Shown: positions 36,781 through 50,399 of the stretch, one piece after another
Layout of the letters: the number at the start of each line of letters is the position of its first letter
Numbering within the stretch: the first letter of the stretch is position 1
DNA from: Chiloscyllium plagiosum
Lineage: Eukaryota
Length of the DNA stretch: 64,000 nt
NCBI RefSeq assembly: GCF_004010195.1
Contig: NC_057751.1
Coordinates: 11,223,108-11,287,107, forward strand
Reading direction: 5' to 3'
Made by a program: the position numbers and the translations under genes
Notes under the pieces: model-generated
The model's database searches: none
Told to the model about the DNA's origin: nothing
The model's input: the letters and a program-made list of their open reading frames with translations, nothing else

Positions 36781-38289
36781 AATGAAATGGCCAGAGCAAG
36801 CCACTCAGTTCAGGGGCATGAGCAAAAACGTGCTGGACTTACCAGCAATGCATGTACCCATGAGAAACAAGCAAGGAAAATAAAATTTACATTGCTTCTT
36901 CAACTTTGAGAACATCCTAAGGAGTTTCAATAATGCAGGGATAATGGTGCCAGATCATTCTTACAAAATGCAACGCTTACTCCTGGACTTGGTTTTCATT
37001 TCAGGGCTTGACCTTCCCTTGAGAAACACAAAGGCTAGAAATGCACTGTTCTAGGTGATACACAACAGAGATTTTCTGGCCCTGTGAGAAGGACAGCTAC
37101 AGATGTCACACCATCAATAACGGGACTTGCCTTATGATATGATGCAAGGGTTGCCAAGCTTTTGGGATTGCCCTAGACTCACCAATCTTCAGGATATTGC
37201 AAACCCAGAAGAGGTGCTGCATGGGCATTCAACAGATTGCAACATTCCCTCCAAAAACCTTTTGTGAATAACCAAAACACCTGATAAGGAAAAGAAACAG
37301 CTGCTTAAGCTGACAGTCACAAATCTTCCACTCAGTTAACGAAGGGTCAACTGACTTTTTAATTGGTCTTCCGAGCATTGGGAGGATGGTCATTTCAAAG
37401 CCAGCCTTTATTGGATTTCTGATCCCTCTTTGGAGCCTAGTCACCTGGCCGGCCGATCTCAGAACACTGTGCGTATTTCCCCAGACTGGAACCAAGACAA
37501 GGTGTCACACACAGGAGACCTGCAAACACAGGCAGGTTACTATCAATGATTCAGTACTCAAGGCCAATGTTCCAACCCTGGCTCTCACTGTCGTGTAAAC
37601 CACAACAGACTACCGTCCCTGGCAGGTAGCATACTGGACACTGTAAGGTGGTGGGGTACCAGCAATTGGGATGGCAAATGGTCTATTAGCTGTCTCTTTT
37701 TGAAGGGGTTGGAGGAGAAGAGTGGAAGATTTTTAAAACATTCATCCTCGCACTGGCGAAGTCGTAACCTTGTATACCAAGATCTAACTGTTCCCCACCA
37801 GCCACGACTGCCCAGCCTGCAGCCCATATAGGACCCTAACTCCTGACCCTAACTGACAACATCCATTTGGATGGTAATCAATGGCTCCATTTGTTTCTCA
37901 ATCTAAATAAATCTTGCAGCTACTTTGTACTTGCAAGGAAATGCCATTTCATTAACAGTTTTCTTGGAAAATCCGTTTGAAAGTGAGAAAACGTGCCTTG
38001 TTTTCTTTCTTGGCTTTGTCCAGCTCCTGTTTCTTGTGTCACATGCCTCACATCTTGAGAGTGCCTGTCTTCGCCTCTCTGAAATGTACTGGTTTCTCCC
38101 CTGTTTCTGAGCTCAGAAGCCACAGGCTCCTTCTATGTGAGCTACCACCCCAGTGGGACACTCTCCCTGATTCAGCGTAATGAAGACCAACCGCACTAAG
38201 GTTCTCTCGGTTTGCTCAGCAAGACATAAACTATGACGTGGGGTTGTTCCGAAGGAGATCTGGGGAGGCGGCCGTGGGGGTGTTGGTCT

Positions 38290-38455
38290 TAATGGCTGGG
38301 CCAATATTTAGTCCTCGCCTGAATCACAATTATTGATGGTTTGCCTTTTACCAGAGGACCCCTTGTGGGATTTTGCAGTCCACCAACAGGTTACACATCA
38401 ACAATGACAAGACTTCACTGGGACATGGTGAAAGGCGCTAAATCAATGCAAGCGC
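38290..38455 (+). mobile_element. Deu-domain-like SINE 3' relic
   Basis: ggccaatattta and L2-type tail gtgaaaggcgctaaatcaatgcaag. Confidence 0.45.
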
Positions 38456-38788
38456 TTTCTGATGGCAGGGGGATTAACAGATCGGCCGACTGTTCTCCAA
38501 CTCTTTTGGTTTCCATTGCTGCTGGAAATGATCTATGTTGTCCACCGATCCGAAAGTTTTAATACTGAAGCACCATCCACACCATGATGTCATCTGGACT
38601 TGACAACTGACCAGATTAGGACCTTGCCTGAGTGAGATCTTAGACCTCTATCCCCCCCTGGGAGTCTTTACCCTGGGCTCCACCATCTCACGTTCTCGAA
38701 CAGTGCTGCCATGCAATAACCTATGGCCCAGATATGCCCATCAGATGCAGAAACCCATTTGCTAACTCTGAATTAACCAATGCCCCTC

Positions 38789-39289
38789 GAGTAGGCTGCC
38801 CGGCCTCTTTGAGCCTGCTCCACCATTCAGTAACATCATGGCTGACCTTTCCATGGGCTCCCATTCAATGAGGTAACCTCAGCTGCTTCACTGGGCAGGC
38901 AATTCCATCCATTCACAACCCTCTGGGTAAACACGTTCTTACTCAATTCAAACCTAAATCTGCTTTCCCTTATTTTGAGGCGGTGTGACCCTAGTTCTAG
39001 TTTCACCCACCAGCGGAAACATCCTCTCTACTTCTATCCTACCTATTCCCTTCATAAAATCACATGTTTTTATAAGATCTCCCCTCATTTTTCTGAATTC
39101 TAATGAATATAATCCCAGTCTACTCAGTCTCTCCTCATAAACCAATCCCCTCAACTCCAAAGTCAACCTAGTGAACATTCTCTCACCCTCTCGATTGCCA
39201 GTACATTGTTTCTCAAGTAAGGAGACCCAAACTGCACACAGTACTCCGGGTGTGGCCTCACCAGCACCCTGTACAGCTGCAACATAACC
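38789..39289 (-). mobile_element. CR1 3' fragment, same subfamily as 2165-2727
   Basis: FTRL..ELRGLVYEERLSRLGLYSLEFRKMRGDLI. Confidence 0.92.
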
Positions 39290-39344
39290 TGTCTGGTGCT
39301 GGCAGTTCCTGGGCAGGGGTACTGGTTGACAGACCTGTCTCAGA

Positions 39345-39450
39345 CGTGTGTGTGCGTGTGTGCCTGTATGCGTGTGCGTGCGCCTGTCTGTTTGTGTGTG
39401 TCTGTGTGTGTGTCTGTGTGTGTATCTGTGTGTGTGCGCCTGTGCCTGCG
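39345..39450. repeat. (TG/CG)n degenerate microsatellite
   Basis: Read directly. Confidence 0.85.
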
Positions 39451-39718
39451 TTCTGGGATTTAAAAGCACATGAGCTAAGCCGGCACTTCAACAGCTACCG
39501 TGAAAGGGAAGTACATAAGACAACGGTGGGGTCAGGATGCCAGGCAGGTGAGGAGGCTGGTGTGCCAAGTGGGTCATGTGCTATGTGCATGAGTGAATGC
39601 TCCATGTGGATCAGGGGGTTTGGGATGAGGGAGTCAAGTTAGACAGGTCGGAGGGGATGTCGTGTGCATGGTGGTGGGAGAGGCTCGGGCCAGCGAAGTC
39701 ATGTCAGGCCATGACCAT

Positions 39719-40273
39719 TGTGACAATGCTGTCACTTTAAAAAGGTTATTTCGTCCTTGGGTTTTTTTCAAGAGAGGTCATAAAGGCAGAGGTGCGGAAA
39801 TGTCTCCCTTAACAATGGCAGGGAATGGCCAATTCTCCCATTTCAGGATTTTTCTCGTGAGGTTTAGTGGTAGCAGTCACAGAAGCTGCTGCAGTGCAAA
39901 AGGTTCCATGCTTCAGCAGATGATCCCTGCCGGACTTTTCTCTCCGAAATCTCTCATTCCTGTAAGAACCTGTGTTTGAATTTAGTTTTTGGCAAGTGGT
40001 GTGCTTATGGGATGTTACGGGAATTGGAACAGCTCCTTAGTTAAGTTGCTGTATTGGGTCGGTTAATCTTTCCAACAGTTAAAGTTACTCTAAAGTCTGT
40101 TTGCCTTTGTTTGTGTTTAAGTGCAGTGCTGAAATAAATTGTTTTGCTTAAAGCCGAGTGCTTTGACCAGCTGCATCACACCTGCAATATTCATTGCACG
40201 TCTGCCTCTAAAATAAGAACAAGTTTGGGTCCACTCTACCTTCTTAAATATTTTGAGGGGGTCTGGCCTGGTC
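39719..40273 (+). mobile_element. LTR-like relic, 3' terminus apparently missing
   Basis: Starts TGTGAC, T-rich body, AATAAA near 40133; no internal ORF. Confidence 0.45.
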
Positions 40274-41559
40274 AGGTCGGGTCAGGACAGGGAATGGTTC
40301 CCTGGGTGCAAGGCAGTGCAGTCGGAGAGTTAGCAGTGAGCAGGGGATTGGTTGAATGTTTACCGGAGGAGTGAACACTTTGCCTGGGTAATCGTTCCAT
40401 AAAGTGAAGTGGAGCCCTCCAAATTCTCCAATAGGACTCTCATCTTTCAGAGGGATTCACATGCAGGGCAACTGCTCACTGCCCAACCCAACTTCCTGAA
40501 CAAATTCCACAATTAGCGGGATCTAGATGGTCCCAACACATACCTATGGTCTATGCTGCTCCGACTGTTCCCTGGCCATATGGGAGACTTGGGCTGTTGT
40601 ACTGTCACTGAGAAGAGAGAGACTTTTCCAATGTGACCAGGGAGTCGCACATGAGGCATGTGGAGAGCAGCTCTGGTCAGGAGCAGGAGCTGACACACCC
40701 ACACACCAGCCCCTTTCCCCCTCCACGCCCCATCTCTCACTCCTGCTGATTGAGCACTGCTCGATACATTATCATGTTTCCCTCAATGCAGGTCTGAGCC
40801 AAATCCGGTCTGCACTTCCTCCCGGGTGACTTATTTCTCATCTTATTCTTTTCTTGGCTATTTACATTTCAGTCAAGTTCCTGCCTGTCAGATTTATTGC
40901 CTGAATTGTAATACATTACAGCTGGAACTTGTGTGCTGCAGTCAGTTTTTCGCCTCCTCCACTGATGCGCCATGAGGGATTGCCATACGTATACCCACTC
41001 ATTTTAAAACTGAATCATCCTTGTCCCTCTCATCATCAGGCCCTGGCCTATTCAAAGGTCAACTGACCAAATGCCACTGGGAAATGTTATGGAATCACAC
41101 AGCACAGAAACCAGTGGGCTGCTTCACTCAAACAGCTATCCCAGATTGATCCACTCTTTCCCACACGTGGGTCTCCCAAATGAAAATGTGCGCATTCTCA
41201 AGGTGCTTTGTACGCAATCAAAATGGTTCCGTTTGAGGTTGGTGTCACCTGCATTTTTAGATCGCTTTTTTTTCCAAAGCAAGATCTTGTAACAAATGAA
41301 GAGGACTTTGCTTTTACAAATCTCACTTGATTTAATCCCACGTTCTCCAAGTGTTGAATTTCGTCTTCAATCCCTGTCAACACCAGAGATAAAACGTGCA
41401 CTGTAAGTGATGCAGCACTGCACAGGAAAGATTCCTCTTTCTGTGGACACACAGCATGAACTGTCTCGTTCCCTCTCCCTATGCTCCAAAGGCTGAATTC
41501 TTCCTGTATTCGATTTGCTCCTCCTTTCCACGTGATCAGTGGATGCTCCTGGTGAAGGT

Positions 41560-41734
41560 AGGAGAAAGTGAGGATTGCAGATGCTGGAGAGGCAGAGTTG
41601 ATAAAGCGCGGCGCTAGAAAAAGCACAGCATGTCAGGCAGCATCTGAGGAGAGTTCAAGATTTGGCAGTGACCCTTCTTCAGTAAGGAATATGCCCGAAA
41701 TGTCGACTCTCCAGCTCCTCGGATACTGCCTGAC
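41560..41734. mobile_element. Penelope-type fold-back insert (family B) with 14-bp TSD
   Basis: ctcctggtgaaggt at 41546-41559 and 41735-41748; arms gtcaggcagcatctgaggag and ctcctcggatactgcctgac. Confidence 0.8.
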
Positions 41735-42198
41735 CTCCTGGTGAAGGTGAGGCTGCCATTCTCAAAGCGTAGCTAACTATACAGGATGTAAAAATGGAAG
41801 AGCAAAACCACTTCCTGGTCTAACTAAAAGACTCCCACAGTATTAACAAGGTCAGGTCTGTTACAGGTCAGCAGTGGGTTATTGATAGACCGTGTGACAG
41901 AGACATCGAGTAGGACCTGCCATTACATTGTACTGCTTCGAGGGCTGAAGCAGGCCTGCCCACATGGCATCGGTGCACTGGGTAGCTCATGTGACACTCC
42001 TCAGTATTAACCCTTTCAGGCCAACCTAGAATAGGGAGCAGTGCTGGATGAATAGACCTGCCTTTACAGGGAAAAAAGTAGAAGAGGGGATTAATAAAGA
42101 TAACATGCCATGCACGAGGCAGAGAAAGAAAACACTATATAACCAAGAAGGGCACCAGTGCTCAACACTGCCCTCAACACGCAGACTACTGTCGAGAT

Positions 42199-42572
42199 TG
42201 TAACAAAGTCAGCCGAGGGGATCTTATAGAATGGGCATTCCCTTACTGAACCAGGTTAACTGTCCCAATCAGGGAGGAGCAGGAAAATCAATGTTTCAGG
42301 CATTCTTGAAGAAGGGCTCATGCCCGAAACGTTTATTCTCCTGCTCCTCAGATGCTGCCTGACCGGCTGGGCTTTTCCAGCACCACTCTCTCGACTCTGA
42401 CTCTCCAGCATCTGCAGTCCTCACTTTCTTCCCGTCCCAGCCAGAAAGCCCTGGTTGACAGGTGTAAATGACAGAGCAGGCTTGGAGGGAGCTGGCTCAG
42501 TGTCAAGGATGCTCCATGTGTAAATAAAGGGTCATTTGGTGACAGGACACCAGCCTCTGTGCAGTTATTACA
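42199..42572 (+). mobile_element. Short solo-LTR-like element hosting a Penelope-type insert
   Basis: TGTAA...TTACA termini and AATAAA near 42523. Confidence 0.5.
42272..42432 (+). mobile_element. Penelope-type insert (family B)
   Basis: Short inverted arm, then tTGAAGA-A-GGGC(TCAT)GCCC-GAAA-CG-TT; degenerate TSD gtcccaatcag/gtcccagccag. Confidence 0.8.
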
Positions 42573-43214
42573 CGACTTGCATGGTGGAGGCTGTGGGTCT
42601 GCATGGTGCTTTTGGAAGAGCCTTGGAGAGTCAGCACAGTGCAGTTGCCACTGTGTGTTGGTAGTGAAGGGACTGAATAGTGAAGGTTATGTGGTGTTGG
42701 AATTCTTCAAACCGGTAGCTCTGAGCCTGAGCATATGGTTGGATGGTTCCACTGGGAGCATTCAGCAGCAGCTCGGAGACTGCGCGCTGTCAGCTGTACG
42801 CTCCCAGGCTAACAGAAGGTCATTCACAAGGGCAAGGTGCAGAGCTGACTGCTGTTAAGGGACTGATCTGAAGGGAACCAAATGACACCGTGACCCACCT
42901 GACTGGGGGCCCGACGTGATTCATTCCACCACTTCAACCCAGCTCAACACCGAGACATGTCAGCCCAGCAACTCAGCACAAAAAGCCCTGAATAAACAAA
43001 GGGGCTATCAATTCAAAAGTGGCTGGATTAAAAAATTCCAACAAGTTGAGGCTTGGTTCCCTGAACCCAACCTCAGTGACCAACCCTTAACTGACTGGTC
43101 ACATTGCATGTGCAACACTGGCAGCAATTCAAACCAATGGCCACACACTTGGCAATCTGAAAGGCAGGGGCATGGACAGGGTGGCAGCACAGAGACGGGG
43201 AAATGCCAACTATT

Positions 43215-44180
43215 CTGCCTTTTCTCCCAAGCACATGGTGTCCAAGGCTCACCAGTATACAGGAAAACACTGAGAACCACACTTGGCAGAGTTGCAGATT
43301 GATGATCACAGTTATGTCACCGGTGTTTCCAACCCTCTTACTCAGTTTGGACTGAACAATGACATTATTTAGGAAGAGTCTATTGATTTCAGCAACAAGT
43401 GGCTGATTGCCAGTGATTGTGAAGCCTGGGGACATGAAGCTTGCAACAACCTCCAACTTGGCATGGTCAATGCCAATAGACGAGAGTCAGAGCAACATCC
43501 CAGAACAGGACTTTGGTCTTCCTGACGCTGCTTCTCAAGACAAATTCTTCACAGGCAAAAAGGCAGAATTCAGCAGGATGGAATTTTCATACTTCATCAT
43601 CAGCATCAAACAACTTTCTGATGAGGACTTGACATATCTTTGTCTGAGATCTCAGGTGAACAAGGTCAAACAGTTTGTGTCAGTTTTCATTTGCAGAAGA
43701 ATTGAAAAAACACAACAGCAACAAATAAATGAAAACCTAAAGAGAGACCTTATCAGAACACAGTCCTGTTTGACCCCACTGAAGATCTCAAAGGATTCTG
43801 ACATTGCCTCATCTCTCCCGAACTGACCTTACCCATCATGTTGTCTTGAAAACAGGACAGGAAACTGAGGAGCTCTGACAGGAAGCCAATTTTCTCCAGT
43901 GACACATTGCTTTGCTCTATTTACTTGATCAAATGCCTTGGTGAGATCGAGGAGGCCAATATACAGTGGTTTATGCATTATTCCTGGAACTTCCAGACTG
44001 TGAAAAATCACACAAATTGAAGTCCTTCCAAGTTGTGGGATGACAGTGAGATCCGGGATAGATGTAATTAGCCATGATCTGCAGTCTCACCAAGACAACA
44101 CATGGGCAAATACATTCCTACTGTGTTCAGCAGAGATGCCTTATGGGAATTGCTCTGGTCACCTTGTTCTGGTACATGGT
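43215..44180 (-). mobile_element. RTE-clade LINE RT relic
   Basis: SLLNTVG, IYPGSHC, PLYIGLLDLTKAFDQVNR, SGVKQDCVL, IRKLFDADD, VLSVFLYTGEPWT. Confidence 0.85.
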
Positions 44181-47100
44181 CACAACTTTCCACCACACTT
44201 ATCCTGGGGCCCCATTCCCTCCCAGATGCTGCCCAGCATGGTATTTTTCCACAAGTGACCTCGAAACAACATCTGGAGCGGTGACCTTGGCAAGCGAGCC
44301 AACAGCACCACCACACCCACGCAGTGTGAGGCAATCCAAAATGCTGTCTCACCCCAGTGTAGCAACACTGACATTCTCTACACTGCCGGTCCATGTGTTA
44401 CACAAGTACATTCACTGACTATTCAGTGTGCAAGCTTTCCTTCCACCCAAGTCTGGATTACCATCTGAGTTTACCATTCACAAGACCCTATTGCAAATTC
44501 TACTGACTGGCCAGGATGTGACCCACCCTCACCACTGTCCTTGCCCCAACCAGAGCATCACTCTTCCTTCAGTCTCCATCTTCCACACCCACACTCTCTC
44601 ACCTTCCACAGAATATGGGCCTCCTCAAACCATACTGAATCTTCACCATTATTATCTATCAAGAATTACCGATACACTTTAAGAGTCAGCACTTCAAGTG
44701 CATATCATGTTCAGCTCTTAGCCAGTAATATACATCCTAAGACTTTTCCCTCTCACATCATTAATGTACAAATTGCTGAACATGTCACTGAATGGGTAAT
44801 GAGAAATGGCTTGTGTCCCGATGAATAAACTCAGCCCTGCTTCCTGCTCCACCTGATTAATGCTTCGATGACGTCTCACTCTTCATGAAAAGTCAACGCT
44901 CTGAGTTCAGATTTCTGAAGATGAAGCAATTAATTTTTCTTCCCCAGAGGAACAGACACCAGCACTGACAGGAATATCATATGGAACAGAGTTGCCGATT
45001 TCAGGAGACATGTCAGCACTGGATCAAATGCTCAGGAAGCTCCAATCATGCAGCCCCTGCTCCACATGTTCATTCACCCACTGGCAAGTCTGGGGAGGCT
45101 CCTTCCCCACATCCAGGGAGGAACGGACGCGAGACAACCCGAAAGTTGAAGGAGATAGAGAGAAGTGGCAATAGAACATCTGTGACCTCACTTCCTACAC
45201 AGCAAGGTTAACCATGTGCAACACTCCTGTCTGCTTCACTCTGCTCAGATGCCGTCTGACCTGCTGACTGCAACGATTCCTCAATGCCAGCCTCTCTGTG
45301 GGAATTACAAAGGACCACTTTTTCAGTATGGGACAAGGTTGAAAGCCGTTAGTCAGATTCTGGTTCTTGACATTCAGCCAACCGCTCCCACGTAATTAAG
45401 GAGACAGGGAGGGTCTCTCAAACTAAATGCAGACTCACTCCTATATCATGCTATTTCTAGGGATTGCTATTCACATGTAAAAACGACTGCTGGTCCCATC
45501 AGCTGAGGAACACGCTCAACATTGTCTCACAGCACATTGCCTCCACATCTAAAATGACCACAGCAACACAATCTGAGCACTCACTGTCATCGTCCTTTCC
45601 TGGAAGGAGGGGCATTGTCCTGGACCCGTTCACTTGCCGTCAAGACCGTGTGTGTTTTGTGAACAAAGGTGTCTGGCTTCACAGTGTCAGTCTCCTTGGG
45701 TGTGGCAGTGCACTCTGAGCGAGACTGGTCTGTCCTGACATCAGTGAGTGGGCCAGGAGGGGCTGGGTGGGGCAGGGAAAGAGAACCCAGCCGCTGAAAG
45801 CTGAGCTACTGGACCGGAGACTGCTTCCTTCATCCCAGCAATGGCTGGCCTGACATTCAGAGAGAACTGGTACCACTGTCCATCAGGCAGCTGGAATCAA
45901 CAGCTTGGCACAAACAGCACTGACAAATTCAAACTCAAGCCGTACTCTTGAAGAAATTGCAAATGTGTGGAAGAGAGCTCCAAACTGCGACAAGGCTTCG
46001 TGTGGAGTAACGTTGCCAGTTGCATCCCTGACAAGTTCTGGCCCTCTCTCTCACAGTCGGAGACTCCACTGTCAGCTGAAATCATTGTTGTTTGCTCTTC
46101 TCCCAAGTCTTGGTAACATGGATCAAATTGTCCCCAAACTCCAGCAGCATTGGCTCTGTGCCCTCTCTCCGAGGTTCCCGCTGTTGGCTGCACACTGTCT
46201 CCTGGGTGGGGGTCGAATGTGCAGAGTGCTCCCATTTTCCATCAGGCTCAAGCTCCCCCAGACCAACACGATGGACTGCTCCCTGTTTGACTTCCTTCAG
46301 CTGTGTCGGCTCCTCCGCTCGGTCTTGAATTGTTTGCCTGGCGACCATCACAAATGGAACAAAGGAAGGATTCCCAGTCCGGGACAAACTCTCCGCAGCT
46401 ACCAGGAGCATGTTTAGTCATGGCCAGAATGTGCAGCATACAACCAAGTTGTGCAACAGCACTTCCCCACCACAGTACACCAGAGGGTGCTGCCTTTTAC
46501 CAGCACCACAGTCAAAACCAGTGGCTTCATCTTAGAAACACAACACAGTTCCCTCAGTGGAAGGTCCTGCTCAGAGTGCCACATACTGTCCACCTTCCCT
46601 CAGCAAAAAGCTTCCTCGCTCACTCGCAATCACAGTCTCCTCTCACTCTTCAAAGTCACAGAGTCGGTTCAGAGACACTGGTCATTATTGTCTCTCTCCC
46701 TCACCACCCCACTGATCATTGTGAGCTGAAAGCTGTACAGGACAGGGAGGCAAGTCTGGTGGTCAAACAGCTTACCAACAGTCAGTCTGAGGGCACCCTT
46801 GCTCAAGGTTGGGGGGGGGTGCTATGTAATCCCAATACTGCCTGTATCTGGGTGACAGGCACTCCTGAAAGCGGAGGCCACTGACCAAGCAATCACTCGC
46901 TCCCAGCTCTGAAGGCCCTGATCCCCCTGCACACAGTCCATGGCAGTCCCTGACATTCACTCCTTCAGCCCTGCGGTACCTTGTACATGCAATGCTGGTG
47001 CATAAGGAGGTTGCAAACACACAGTACACCACTCAGTCACCTTTTCAGACAGGAGGAGTGCTTCTGAGGAAATCTCTCCCAGTGAATGACACCCGTCTCG

Positions 47101-47625
47101 AACACATCAATGAAGCTGGCTGCCTTTCCATGGGATTGAAGTGACCTTCTAGCTTCACTCTCAAAGGCAATTCTTCATGCCCTTCGCTTGAACACTGCAA
47201 CCTTCTGTTGCGTTGGCCTTCAGCTCAGGACACACTCACAATATCAAACAGACCCACTTGCCTACTCATCCCTCACAGCTCACTGTATAGGGAGCGTCAC
47301 CAGAAAACCAGGAGATCTGTTGTCTCGGAAAGAAGGTGGAAACAGAAGGTGAATCTGACAGCAAGCTTTGCACTGACATGTTAATAGGACAGACACACTC
47401 ACTCAGGGATCCACAGATGGTCTCCTCCACCAGATCCCTCACTTTACAATGTGATCTTACCTCCCGAACCCCTCGGGCACCTGCTCTCAAACTATAAACT
47501 TCACAGTTATAGTTTGCCAACTCACACCAAAACCATCTTGGCTAACCTCAATGCCAGTTTATTCCATTTGTCCCAAGGGCACAGCACTGCACAACATGGA
47601 GGCACATACTGCCTGGAGTTCTGTA

Positions 47626-47643
47626 GCTGCTGCTGCTGCTGCT
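47626..47643. repeat. (GCT)6 trinucleotide repeat
   Basis: Read directly. Confidence 0.9.
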
Positions 47644-50399
47644 TCATCACGGCAAGCATTAAAAAGTCTACTGATTTCACAAAGGCCACTTGCATTCGTA
47701 CTGAACGAGGCAATGTTTGAGTATTATTGCTGCTGGGGTGTCAAAGAAACAGCAGCCAGTGTCTGTCACCAGTCAACCGACCACCTATTCCCTCTCGTGA
47801 TGACTGAGGTGCGGCGACTGGAGAGAATCTGTTCAGAATGGATCCTTTTCCAGGCAGCCTCTGACACAGCAGCCCTCACTCAGTGCTCTGCTGCAGGCTT
47901 TCATCCCAGGATGAGATCCGAACCCACAAAGTTCTGACACAGAGGCAAGGGAGGTCAAACTGACACACTGCGCCTTGGCATGATGATAGTGAGGTGCTAA
48001 CATTCAAATATTCCCAACATCGTGGTGACCTTGCTCTTTTAACAATGAGGTAAAACACAAAACAATTCACCAAGTCCCCCTTTGTGTTTCCTCCTGGTGT
48101 AATGTTGGCCAGCCGGAGAGTACACGCTGATCAGATCTGGGTGCTTACTGCCATGTCTCTGTCTGCCCTCCTTCACTGAGTATGCTCATTGTACCCTCAC
48201 ACACAACCCTATCTGATAGGCCCACAAATCCCCAAATGGCAACCCTTACCCACACAAACCCAACAGACCGGAGACAAACAGAAGCCAAAGCACACATCAT
48301 GCCAAGAGCTGAAGGTTTGGTCTTCCCAACTCCAGGAATCAGCAAGCGTTCCCACCGAGACCTGATGGTGGCTGGCCTTCATCACAACAACCAACCTGGA
48401 TCCATTCCCAACCTTTAAAACGCAGGAAGCCATTCTGAGGCATTTCACCCAGAGCAACTTTCAATCAAAATGTGAGCAAGAGCCACACAAGGCCGTGATG
48501 GGGCAGGTGGCCAAAGGCTTGATCAAAAGGTTACGTCCGAAGATGTACTTGAAAAGTAGAGATGATCATTTGGGCAAGCAGTTCCAAGATAAACAGGACT
48601 CAGGAAGCTGACAGAATGGCCTCCAAATATGTAGTAAATCAAATCTGGAGCCCAGAATCACAAATGAATACACGTCACTAAGATGAGAAGCCAACTCAAT
48701 TATCCCTTAAAATGGGACATGTGACTCTGTGAAGGAGCAGTGTTGAGCTTTCCCAGTGCTGAATAGAACAGATTGGGATTACGGTCTCAATGCCATCTTC
48801 CACCAGGAACCCGAGCTTTCATTGGCATTCCAGCACAGAAAGACAGCTCCCATTGCCTTTTCAGTGAGATGAAGACAAAGCAATCCAACCGCAGTGAAGT
48901 GAGATCTCAGCAAGGAGGAACCAAGTCCCAGACTCACACAGAATGCTATCAGCCTGAAGCCTGGAAGAAGCATTGAGGTGGAGCTGATGTGAAAGTTGAC
49001 ATGTTGATGGTTTCACCTTCACCTGAGTGGCTTCTAACTACACTCGTGCTGTTCCTCAGGTCTGCAGCATTCAGACATGAACATTGATGAATGATTGCCT
49101 GGCAGCTGAGTTTGGGTTCCTGGGAACATGGATAACAAACAATTCACCTACACTGTCCCCCACCATCTCCAAACACACTAGAAATACATGGCTTGAGGAG
49201 TGGGACAGAGAGATAGAGGGAGGGAAGGGCAGGCTGAGGGATGAAGGTAACTGACACCCCAACCGGACAGAAAAATCCCATTTTTAAAAAACAAAAAGAG
49301 GTCAAGCCAAGGGTGAATTTCTGATCATCATTTGATCTGCAGATAGCTGGCAAGGCTCTCTGGTTCCAACCAGTAATCCCATTCTCGTCTTGGACCTAGC
49401 TGTGCAGTATCTCCTCATTGCCACCAGAGGGGATGCTCACTCAGATTGGAAGCATTCTCACCCTCTCACGAAGCATGATTCGTGAACCAACAGCCTTGGT
49501 AACTGGCTGAAGCTGGAGAGGCTCAATCTCATACAAGTCAGGTCAATGTGATAGCCACAAAGGAAGCTGGAAACACAGACCCTTCATTCAGCAATAGACA
49601 AGTGATCAGTCTCAATGCAAGCCAGTTGACACAAGAAATTAAGATGAGGGCTCTGACTGCACACAATAACGACATCTCCAACCACGTTACAGCTGATCAA
49701 AACATGGGCAATGTCACCACCTGTCCGACAGGAAACACAAGCCACCAAGGCTAAGGTGAGAATAGCCAGGTTACCTCACGTCCCTGTGGCCTGAGGGCTA
49801 AGCTCGCTCAATGATATTACTAATATTCCATACCAATGGATTAAGAAGATTGCTCTGAAGAAAACATATGCCTCAGTCCTTTCCATAACAGTACTCTTCC
49901 CCCAATCTCTCGACTTTCACAGCTCCCTCAGCTCCTTGAAGACCAAACTTTCAGTGAGCTGTAGGCCATCCATCCTGATAACCCTTCTCCAGTTTCATGT
50001 GACTTTTCAACTGGATTCCTGTCAAGCTCCTCTGCATTTGGCTAACATGGAAAAGGAGTTCTCGAAATGCAAGCAACGCTTTGGAACTAAACCAATGATC
50101 AGCTCAGCCCTTGAGAACACTTCCTTAACCAAGAGAGTTCTGGCCACATTCTCTGTTCCCAGCTTTGCATACGTTTCAGCATTTTTTAGCTCTCCATGCC
50201 CACCACTACTCCCCCTTTGCTGATGTATATCATGGAGGATTTTTTAATTTGCACACCCTCACATGTGCCTCGACATCCTTTTAATAACACTGTAACCCTT
50301 CCCCCCCCCCCACCAGATTGGATACACAACTCACAAATCTAAATTCTCTACTTGCCCATTTCCCCCTTTTCTTGGCAGCTTTCTGAGCCTGTGTTGCTA

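Noticed and set aside
45905..46884. 170-aa and 193-aa ORFs
   Set aside because: No recognisable homology; composition consistent with chance ORFs
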